A DNA stretch of 64,000 nucleotides, taken from assembly GCA_964016885.1 (NCBI GenBank), contig OZ024740.1, positions 5,084,001-5,148,000 of the forward strand, in the 5' to 3' direction. Every line of letters starts with the position of its first letter. The first letter of the stretch is position 1. Below are positions 1 through 9,700 of the stretch, piece after piece. The translations under genes were made by a program, and so were the position numbers. Source of the DNA: Eledone cirrhosa. Its lineage: Eukaryota. The notes under the pieces were generated by a model. It ran no database searches. It saw only the letters and a program-made list of their open reading frames with translations, and was not told where the DNA came from.

Positions 1-593
1 TTATGTATATTGAGTATTCATATTGTTAATATCTGACCATTTGTATGTGTGTATATAATATCCCTTCAATATATATCTCTGTATGTGTGTATGAGTGGTG
101 TGTGTGTGTCTGTGTGTCCATAAAATACTACAAGAACATTCAAGAGAGATGAATAATTAATGTGAAATTTCCACATTTTCTCAACTGTTTTTGATAGTGA
201 CTATTATTATAGTCACATACATTGGAAGGACTACAATTAAAATTACAAATTTTCTCAATATTTCTTTAGGCTACACATATTTTTTTCAAATAAGATACTG
301 ATCTTCACATGTTTAAATGCTCAGCATATATAATTAAATATATAATCAGTGAACAATACTCTTAACAATGGAAAGAAGTAGTCAGTAGTTGTGTTGCTGC
401 TAATGTGCTCAACTGGAGTTCAACAGATATGAAGTTCATGTCCCCAGAGCAGGTACTGCCACTTTATCCATCCATAAAGGTAGTTTACCTCATTTTAAAA
501 ACTATTGTTATTTATAGTGACTGATTCTTCTTACACTTATTTTCTGCAGTTGGATTCCTACATTTCAAATCATCCAAGTGCCTCAATAAATTG

Positions 594-629
<36 letters not shown>

Positions 630-630
630 T

Positions 631-1030
631 ATACAAGGGTGTGTATCATTGTGTATAGAAGATTATATTAATAAAAGGAATTCCAACTTTGTCTGACTTA
701 CTCGTTTTATTTACAATCCTTTAAAATGTATAATGGCATTAGAATGAAATAGTATGTGAGAATATTAAATGTTAAGTGTTAATTGAACAAGTACTTTCAT
801 GCTTTCGCAATCTTCGGGTTCATATTCTGTGGTGACAGTCAAGTTTGCAATTTTCAACTGTTGAAAACACAGAATATGAACCCGAAGATTGCGAAAGCAT
901 AAAAGTACTTGTTCAATTAACACTTAACATTTAATATTCTAACATACTATTTCATTCTAATACCATTATACATTTTAAAGGATTGTAAATAAAACGAGTA
1001 AATCAGACAAAGTTGGAATTCCTTTTATTA
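631..1030 (-). mobile_element. Penelope-like element remnant: inverted pseudo-LTR palindrome (arms 669-831 and 868-1030) plus ~36-bp unpaired tail, next to (TA)n
   Basis: 163-bp near-perfect inverted arms. Degenerate hammerhead core (CCGAAGA-tgc GAAA gca-GAAAGTACTT). Second copy of the family at 52722-53123. Confidence 0.7.
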
Positions 1031-1032
1031 AA

Positions 1033-2760
1033 AACTATAGAGGTATAAAGTTGATGGACCAGGTCATGAAAGTAACAGAAAGAGTTATAGCACAGCTGAT
1101 TAGGGACCGGGTGAAAATAGACGAGATGCAATTTGGGTTTGTACCAGGAAGAGGCACCACTGATGCCCTCTTCCTTGTGAGGCAATTACAGGAAAAGTAC
1201 CTAGCTAAAAGTAAGCCACTCTACTTGGCATTTGTCGACCTTGAGAAAGCCTTTGACAGAGTTCCACGTGCAGTAATCTGGTGGGCTCTTAGAAAACTAG
1301 GAGTAGATGAATGGCTTGTGAAAGCGGTACAAGCCATGTATAGGGGAGCAGTCAGCAAAGTTAGGATTAGCAATGAGTATAGCGAGGAATTTAGCGTACA
1401 GGTTGGGGTCCACCAGGGCTCTGTTCTTAGCCCTCTCCTGTTCATCATAGTCCTGCAGGCAATAACGGAGGAGTTTAAGACCGGATGCTCATGGGAACTC
1501 CTGTATGCTGATGACTTCGCACTCATAGCTGAATCTATGGTAGAACTAGAGAATAAATTCCAAACCTGCAAGCAGGGACTAGAAAGAAAGGGTCTCAAAG
1601 TCAACATGACAAAGACTAAGGTCCTTGTAAGTAGACGAGAAAACAGAACCCAGATCCCCTCAGGGAAATGGCCTTGCTCAGTATGTAGGAAAGGTGTAGG
1701 TAGGAACTCCATTCTATGCCCCAAATGCAAACAATGGGTACACAAGAGATGTAGCGGGATCTCAGGAAGCTTAATTAAGAATGTAGGATTCACATGCAGC
1801 AGCTGTGCTGAAACAGCAAGCAGCAAACAGCCACAGGAAACAAGTACCACCAATCTCTGGGAGGGCCCTGTAGAAACAGTAGACAGCTTCTGCTACCTAG
1901 GTGACCGAATTAGCAACGGAGGTGGGTGTTCAGAAAGTACAATAACTAGGGTAAGAACGGGATGGAAGAAGTTTAGGGAACTACTACCACTGCTAGCTGC
2001 AAAAGGCTTCTCCCTCAGAATGAAGGGCAGACTGTATGATGCGTGTATCCGAACAGCGATGTTGCATGGTAGTGAGACCTGGGCGCTGAAGGTGGAAGAC
2101 TTACGTAGATTAGAGAGAAACGAAGCCTGCATGCTCCGATGGATGTGTAACAGTAATATACGTGAACGACAAAGCATAAATGAATTGAGAGAGAGACTGA
2201 GCATAAGAGGAATCAAATGCTGTGTGCAGGAGAGGCGGTTGCGCTGGTATGGACATGTGATGCGTATGAAGGATGACAGCTGCATAAAAAGGTGCAGAGC
2301 ACTAGAAGTTGATGGAAACCACGGAGTGGGGAGACCCAAGATGACCTGGGATGAGGTGATAAAAGCCGACCTTACCCAATTACACCTCTCAAAGACAATG
2401 ACACACGACTGTGACTTCTGGCGTCACGCAGTAATACAGAGTAACCGACCTCCCATGGGTACAAGCTGAAGCATATAAACAATATGCCCCCACACCCCCC
2501 ACCGCAAGGTGGTCGTGGAGGTGCCACGGTAAAAAAGCACCCAGCCCACACTGTAAAGTGGACGTGTAGGCGCCACGAAAAAGCACCCAGCACTCACTGT
2601 AAATGAGGTTGGTGTTAGGAAGGGCATCCAGCTGTAGAAATCAAGCCAGATCAGTTCCTGTATGAGCAAGGCATGGTCAGCCGACCAGACACTGCCCACA
2701 ACAGGACAACCCGTCTAACCCATGCTAGCGTGGAAGAACGGACGTAAAACGGTGATGATG
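1033..2760 (+). mobile_element. 5'-truncated RTE-clade LINE (RT domain, C-terminal region, 3' UTR, (GAT)n tail)
   Basis: Frame begins NYRGIKLMDQ. Motifs QFGF, FVDLEKAFDRVP, GVHQGSVLSPLLF, YADD, a Cys-rich insert, LHGSETW, RRLRWYGHV and GRPKMTW. Ends aacggacgtaaaacggtgatgatg. Confidence 0.93.
1051..2469 (+). CDS. Reverse transcriptase ORF fragment of RTE LINE (endonuclease lost by 5' truncation)
   Basis: 472-aa open frame with the non-LTR RT motifs listed for the element. Confidence 0.85.
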   Translation: MMDQVMKVTERVIAQLIRDRVKIDEMQFGFVPGRGTTDALFLVRQLQEKYLAKSKPLYLAFVDLEKAFDRVPRAVIWWALRKLGVDEWLVKAVQAMYRGAVSKVRISNEYSEEFSVQVGVHQGSVLSPLLFIIVLQAITEEFKTGCSWELLYADDFALIAESMVELENKFQTCKQGLERKGLKVNMTKTKVLVSRRENRTQIPSGKWPCSVCRKGVGRNSILCPKCKQWVHKRCSGISGSLIKNVGFTCSSCAETASSKQPQETSTTNLWEGPVETVDSFCYLGDRISNGGGCSESTITRVRTGWKKFRELLPLLAAKGFSLRMKGRLYDACIRTAMLHGSETWALKVEDLRRLERNEACMLRWMCNSNIRERQSINELRERLSIRGIKCCVQERRLRWYGHVMRMKDDSCIKRCRALEVDGNHGVGRPKMTWDEVIKADLTQLHLSKTMTHDCDFWRHAVIQSNRPPMGTS

Positions 2761-2820
2761 TTATCAAGTAAGAATATTTTCGAAACAGCGAGTTGGTTTG
2801 AAATTATTAGAAATGTAAGC

Positions 2821-3020
2821 TATCGCCGTATTTTGACTAAAGAAATGAAAGAAATTATTTAGCCTGATAGTGGGGTTAAGAACCCTCGGAGAAATGGAAA
2901 AAGATGAGTATTGACGTACATGTAAATCAATACTCATCTTTTTCCATTTCTTCGAGGGTTCTTAACCCCACTATCAGGTTAAATAATTTTTTAAATTTCT
3001 TTAGTCAAAATACGGCGATA
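2821..3020. repeat. ~94-bp-arm palindrome, probable Penelope-like inverted pLTR remnant
   Basis: tatcgccgtattttgactaaag...gagtattga pairs with tcaatactc...ctttagtcaaaatacggcgata, 12-nt loop, ends at (TA)n. Confidence 0.65.
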
Positions 3021-3163
3021 TATATATAATTTATATAGTGAAAGAGTGGAGAATAACATGGTCGGCTGTACAAAAATGGTTTTATTTACAGTTTTAACAA
3101 TTGTTTCATTGATCAGGTGAGTCTAAAGAATGAAATTTTATTTGTTATACCATATACATATAT

Positions 3164-3378
3164 CATCATCATCATCATCATCATCATCACCGTTTTACGT
3201 CCGTTCTTCCACGCTAGCATGGGTTAGACGCGTTGTCCTGTTTTGGGCAGTGACCGGTTGGCTGACCTTGTCTTGCTCATATGGGAACTGATTCTGGTTT
3301 GATTTCTACAGCTGGATGCACTTCCTAACACCAACCTCATTTACAGTGAGTGCTGGGTGCTTTTATTCTGTGGCGCCT
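3164..3378 (-). mobile_element. RTE LINE 3' end fragment
   Basis: (CAT)n followed by the reverse complement of the 3' UTR seen at ~2570-2760. Confidence 0.85.
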
Positions 3379-3399
3379 AATAAACAACATAAGACAATT

Positions 3400-3474
3400 A
3401 TTCCATTTGCCAAAGGTTTCACGAAGACAGACGAGCTTGACAGAGACGACTGAAATCGTTCATCAGAATGAAAT
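3400..3474 (-). ncRNA. Degenerate type I hammerhead ribozyme motif (Penelope-like remnant)
   Basis: Minus strand reads atttcatt-CTGATGA-acga...tcgt-GAAA-cc ttt gg-CA-aatggaat. Stems I, II and III pair, but U16.1 is replaced by C. Confidence 0.55.
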
Positions 3475-3721
3475 CTTATTTGAAGTGGATGTAAGATATG
3501 GATTTAAAAACAAAGCCTATATATAAATATATATATACATACATATGTGTGTATGTGTGTGTGTGCGTTTGTGTGAAGTATTTCCATAGAAAAGTTGGAG
3601 CAAAGAAGAGTGCTCTATGTTTAGTAAAGAGCTATTTAATTACATAATAAACAACACAATATAATTATTCCAACACCAAAGGTTTCAAGAACAACCTTAC
3701 AGAATGGGCCAGACGTTTCTG

Positions 3722-4045
3722 TTAGTGGTTAGAGTATTGGCCTTGCAATCGAAAGGTTGTGAGTTCAATTCTGAGACCGGATGATGTGTTGTTTCCTTGA
3801 GCAAGACACTTTATTTCACATTGCTCCAGTTTACTCAGCTGTAGAAATGAGATGGTAGGGACTGGGGTCCCTATCATTCCACTGCAAAGTGGTCGTGGAG
3901 GCGCAACGAAAAAGCACCCAGCACTCACTGTAAATGAGGTTGGTGCTAGGAAGGGCATCCAGCTGTAGAAATCAAGCCAGCATCAGTTCCCGTCCCACAC
4001 TTGCAAGCAGGGAAAAGCGGACGTAAAATGAAATGAAATGAATGA
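3722..4045 (+). mobile_element. tRNA-derived SINE with CORE-like middle and RTE-derived 3' tail
   Basis: tagtggttagag and gagttcaattc A/B-box-like head, ccttgagcaagacactttatttcac core, and a tail shared with the RTE 3' UTR (aggaagggcatccagctgtagaaa...ggacgtaaaatg). Confidence 0.8.
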
Positions 4046-4227
4046 TATATATATATATGTGTGTGTGTGTGTATGCATCATTCTATTTGTGTGCCCAGGC
4101 ACACAAGAAGAAGGACATGTTTTTTTTTTTAGCCTGCAGCATATCACATAATCAGATTTTCATTTGAATGCATACATTACATTGTGGATTGCATAAAGGA
4201 ACCATTGAAATAATTATAATGAAAAAC

Positions 4228-4290
4228 AAGGGCGGTGCACCAGCATGGCCTCAGCCGGATGGCTGGAACAGGTAAAAGAGTAAAAGAATA
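4228..4290 (+). mobile_element. Short 3' tail fragment of a SINE or LINE
   Basis: gggcggtgcaccagcatggcc...gtaaaagagtaaaagaata with a repeated terminal motif; family recalled, not verified. Confidence 0.4.
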
Positions 4291-4328
4291 AACGTTTTAT
4301 GTAATAGAATCTTTTTTAATGTTATTCT

Positions 4329-4416
4329 TATATATATATATATATGTGTATATATTACTTGACCAAGTATTGCGTACTCTGTTGAGTAGTAGTTCACTCC
4401 TGATTTATAAATATAT

Positions 4417-4469
<53 letters not shown>

Positions 4470-4542
4470 TAGAGATACATATACACATATATATATATGC
4501 ATGTATGTGTGCATGTGTGAATATATATATATATGTGTATAT

Positions 4543-4593
<51 letters not shown>

Positions 4594-4826
4594 TGTATAT
4601 GTGCATGTGTGAATATATGTTTATATATATGTGTATATACACACACACAAATATATATATATATAAAGTATTCTTCAATATTTCATCAATATTTACATTT
4701 CATTCTATACTTTATTGTATTTCCTCAAATAGTTAAATAATCTATTAGGAAGTGTAAGGTGAGATATCCCCCCCTCTCTTTCTCTCTCTCTCTATATATA
4801 TATATCTGTATATATCTCTAGTTCTC

Positions 4827-4910
<84 letters not shown>

Positions 4911-5305
4911 TCTCTCTCTCAAATGGTTAAATAAACTTCCTAACGGAAGTGTAAGGTGACATAAAAATATAAGAAATTGTGTTAAAATCCTACTCTCTCT
5001 CTCTCCCTCTCTCCCTCTCTCCCTCTCTCCCTCTCTTTTTCTCTTTCTCTCTCTACCCCCTCTCTCTCTCTCTATGTATCTACCTATCTATCTCTTATTT
5101 ATTCTGAGTCTCTAGATCAATACTTAATCTCAAATTGCTTCTGGATCCTTGATTTCAATATCAGTTTGATGGGTGAGTGGTTGTGGGGGTGCTAATCAAA
5201 TTGATATCCCGCTAATCAATTTATCTTCAATTAGCCATAAAAGGACTTTATTTCTCCAAACACAATCAACCTGACTGATTTCAAACAAACCAAATTAATA
5301 TAACA

Positions 5306-5349
<44 letters not shown>

Positions 5350-5398
5350 CACATATATATACATATATATATATATATACATACATATATATATATGA

Positions 5399-5486
<88 letters not shown>

Positions 5487-6068
5487 ATATATATATGTAT
5501 ATATATATGTATGTATGTATGTGTGTATACATTATATGTACACGCACATAACTATATATATATATATATATATGTGTGTGCATGTGTGTGTGAGAATTTG
5601 TGTGTGTATATATATATATGTGTGTGTGTATGGATTTGTGTATACATACATATATGTGTGTGTATTTGTGAGTATATATATAGGTGTGTGTGTGCATTTA
5701 TATGTGTATACATATATATGTCTATATGTATATGTGAAAGTGTGTGTGTTTATATATATATATATATATCATCATTTAATATCCATTTTTCCTGCTAGCA
5801 ATTCTCTCCAAACACACATACACACACACACACACACACACATATATACACACACATATATACACACACATACACAGACATATATACACACACATATACA
5901 CACACACATATACACACACATATACACACACACATATATACACACACACATACATATACACACACACATATACACACACATACACACGCATATATACACA
6001 CACATATACACACACACATATACACACACACACATACACACACACATATACGTACATATATGTATATA
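4329..6068. repeat. Compound microsatellite field: (TA)n, (TC)n, (CA)n/(TG)n with short unique inserts
   Basis: Directly visible; accounts for the YIYI/HTHT/CVCV ORFs. Confidence 0.95.
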
Positions 6069-6280
6069 TTTTTAAATTTCAAATTCAGTAAATTTAAATA
6101 ATTTTAATAATGGAAACAACAACAACAACAGCAGCAGTAAGGATAATAAGATCAATAACCAATATGTATAGAACTATTGGTGTGCTGTAGGGGTCGTTGA
6201 TGAAGGATGTGGTTCTGATTTCTACCCAGAGGTCCTTCAACAACTTTACTTTCACAACTGATACTATTTCTTATTCTCTT

Positions 6281-6650
6281 TAACACCACCACCACCTCCA
6301 ACAACACTGTTAACACCACCACCACCTCCACCACCACCACCTCCAACAACACTGTTAACACCACCACCACCTCCACCACCACCACCTCCAACACCACTGT
6401 TAACAGCACCACCACCCAACCATGACTTCAACTCCACCTCTACCACCACCACCACCTCCAACACCACTGTTAACACCACCACCACCTCCAGCTCCACCAC
6501 CACCACCACTGTTAACACCACCACCACCCAACCATGACTTCACCTCCACCACCACCTCCAACACCACTGTTAACACCACCACCACCACCACCCAACCATG
6601 ATTTCACCTCCACAACCACCACCACCCAATCATGACTCCCCCCACCACCA
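6281..6650. repeat. (ACC)n-based compound minisatellite
   Basis: Recurrent units aacaccaccaccacctcc, ccaacaccactgttaac and cccaaccatgactt. Confidence 0.9.
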
Positions 6651-6747
6651 TAGTTTCTTATATTGGCAAAGGCCAGCAATTACTCAGTACATTACTGGTA
6701 TTTTATTTTATCGACCCCGTAAGGATGAAAGGCAACATCAACCTCGC
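6651..6747 (-). mobile_element. 3' half of the second tRNA-SINE family (Meta-domain-like)
   Basis: Reverse complement of gcctttcatccttacggggtcgataaaata...aattgctggcct, as at 54712-54911. Confidence 0.8.
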
Positions 6748-9700
6748 TTACAAATGACTTATTATTATTATATCAAATAATAATAATAATAATTCATTTG
6801 TAAGCAAAAGTCTCATTCTGCTATATTTAATAGATGACTCTAGTTATCCCTTTGTTCTGGTGATGACAGAGAAATAACTTGTTTCTCTGTAACTGCTGTC
6901 ATTCTTTAGTTCTAGTGATGACAGAGAAATAAATTGTTTCTCTCTGTCACCACTGTCATTCTTTAGTTCTAGTGATGACAGAGAAATAAATTGTTTCTCT
7001 CGGTTACCGCTGTCATTCTTTAGTTCTAGTGATGACAGAGAAATAACTTGTTTCTCTGTCACTGTTGTCATTCTTTAGTTCTAGTGATGACAGAGAAATA
7101 ACTTGTTTCTCTGTAACTGCTGTCATTCTTTAGTTCTAGTGATGACAGAGAAATAAATTGTTTCTCTCTGTCACTGCTGTCATTCTTTAGTTCTAGTGAT
7201 GACAGAGAAATAAATTGTTTCTCTCGGTCACCGCTGTCATTCTTTAGTTCTAGTGATGACAGAGAAATAACTTGTTTCTCTGTCACTGTTGTCATTCTTT
7301 AGTTCTAGTGATGACAGAGAAATAACTTGTTTCTCTCTGTCACTGCTGTCATTCTTTAGTTCTAGTGATGACAGAGAAATAACTTGTTTCTCTCTGTCAC
7401 TGCTGTCATTCTTTAGTTCTAGTGATGACAGAGAAATAACTTGTTTCTCTGTCACTGTTGTCATTCTTTAGTTCTAGTGATGACAGAGAAATAACTTGTT
7501 TCTCTCTGTCACTGCTGTCATTCTTTAGTTCTAGTGATGACAGAGAAATAACTTGTTTCTCTCTGTCACTGCTGTCATTCTTTAGTTCTACTGATGACAG
7601 AGAAATAACTTGTTTCTCTCTGTCACTGCTGTCATTCTTTAGTTCTAGTGATGACAGAAAAATAACTTGTTTCTCTCTGTCACTGCTGTCATTCTTTAGT
7701 TCTAGTGATGACAGAGAAATAACTTGTTTCTCTCTGTCACTGCTGTCATTCTTTAGTTCTACTGATGACAGACAAATAACTTGTTTCTCTCTGTCACTGT
7801 TGTCATTCTTTAGTTCTACTGATGACAGAGAAATAACTTTTTTCTCTCTGTCACTGCTGTCATTCTTTAGTTCTAGTGATGACAGAGAAATAACTTGTTT
7901 CTCTCTGTCACTGCTGTCATTTTTTAGTTCTACTGATGACAGAGAAATAACTTGTTTCTCTCTGTCACTGCTGTCATTCTTTCGTTCTACTGATGACAGA
8001 GAAATAACTTGTTTCTCTCTGTCACTGCTGTCATTCTTTAGTTCTAGTGATGACAGAGAAATAACTTGTTTCTCTCTGTCACTGCTGTCATTCTTTAGTT
8101 CTAGTGATGACAGAGAAATAACTTGTTTCTCTCTGTCACTGCTGTCATACTTTAGTTCTAGTGATGACAGAGAAATAACTTGTTTCTCTCTGTCACACTT
8201 TAGTTCTACTGATGACAGAGAAATAACTTGTTTCTCTCTGTCACTGCTGTCATTCTTTAGTTCTAGTGATGACAGAGAAATAACTTGTTTCTCTCTGTCA
8301 CTGCTGTCATTCTTTAGTATCTAGTGATGACAGAGAAATAACTTGTTTCTCTCTGTCACTGCTGTCATTCTTTAGTTCTACTGATGACAGAGAAATAACT
8401 TGTTTCTCTCTGTCACTGCTGTCATTCTTTAGTTCTGCTGATGACAGAGAAATAACTTGTTTCTCTCTGTCACTGCTGTCATTCTTTAGTTCTAGTGATG
8501 ACAGAGAAATAACTTGTTTCTCTCTGTCACTGCTGTCATTCTTTAGTTCTAGTGATGACAGAGAAATAACTTGTTTCTCTCTGTCACACTTTAGTTCTAC
8601 TGATGACAGAGAAATAACTTGTTTCTCTCTCTTACTGCTGTAATTCTTTAGTTCTAGTGATGACAGAGAAATAACTTGTTTCTCTCTGTCACACTTTAGT
8701 TCTACTGATGACAGAGAAATAGCTTGTTTCTCTCTGTCACTGCTGTTATTCTTTAGTTCTAGTGATGACAGAGAAATAACTTGTTTCTCTCTGTCACTGC
8801 TGTCATTCTTTAGTTCTAGTGATGACAGAGAAATAACTTGTTTCTCTCTGTCACTGCTGTCATTCTTTAGTTCTAGTGATGACAGAGAAATAACTTGTTT
8901 CTCTCTGTCACTGCTGTCATTCTTTAGTTCTAATGATGACAGAGAAATAACTTGTTTCTCTCTGTCACTGCTGTCATTCTTTAGTTCTACTGATGACAGA
9001 GAAATAAATTGTTTCTCTCTGTCACTGCTGTCATTCTTTAGTTCTAGTGATGACAGAGAAATAACTTGTTTCTCTCTGTCACTGCTGTCATTCTTTAGTT
9101 CTACTGATGACAGAGAAATAACTTGTTTCTCTCTGTCACTGCTGTCATTCTTTAGTTCTAGTGATGACAGAGAAATAACTTGTTTCTCTCTGTCACTGCT
9201 GTCATTCTTTAGTTCTACTGATGACAGAGAAATAACTTGTTTCTCTCTGTCATTCTTTAGTTCTCCTGATGACAGAGAAATAACTTGTTTCTCTCTGTCA
9301 TTATTTAGTTCTACTGATGACAGAGAAATAACTTGTTTCTCTCTGTCACTGTTGTCATTCTTTAGTTCTAGTGATGACAGAGAAATAACTTGTTTCTCTC
9401 TGTCACTGCTGTCATTCTTTAGTTCTACTGATCCCAGAGAAATAACTTGTTTCTCTCTGTCACTGCTGTCATTCTTTAGTTCTAGTGATGACAGAGAAAT
9501 AACTTGTTTCTCTCTGTCACTGCTGTCATTCTTTAGTTCTAGTGATGACAGAGAAATAACTTGTTTCTCTCTGTCACTGCTGTCATTCTTTAGTTCTAGT
9601 GATGACAGAGAAATAACTTGTTTCTCACTGTCACTGCTGTCATTCTTTAGTTCTAGTGATGACAGAGAAATAACTTGTTTCTCTCTGTCACTGCTGTCAT

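Noticed and set aside
1221-2339. Antisense ORFs over RT genes (also 58144-59602 and 62125-62832)
   Set aside because: Shadow frames of retrotransposon coding sequence
3722-3785. tRNA gene
   Set aside because: A/B-box-like head without a cloverleaf, continuing into a SINE body; same for 54712, 55205 and 61550-61616
4078-4097. Short perfect hairpin ttgtgtgc-ccag-gcacacaa
   Set aside because: Only 8 bp in TG/CA-rich DNA; expected by chance
4319-6082. YIYI/HTHT/CVCV ORFs
   Set aside because: Translations of dinucleotide microsatellites
6152-6591. Val/Gly-rich or Thr/Pro-rich mucin-like ORFs
   Set aside because: (ACC)n compound repeat with shifting frames and no splice or domain support
6859-6866. 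Box C/D snoRNA suggested by GTGATGA
   Set aside because: No matching box D (CTGA) in the consensus monomer or right flank, and the motif lies inside a long stem
7585-7615. Hammerhead core in the satellite variant CTGATGA-caga-GAAA
   Set aside because: No stem II or stem I pairing, and it appears only in a minority variant; consensus and ancestral units read GTGATGA
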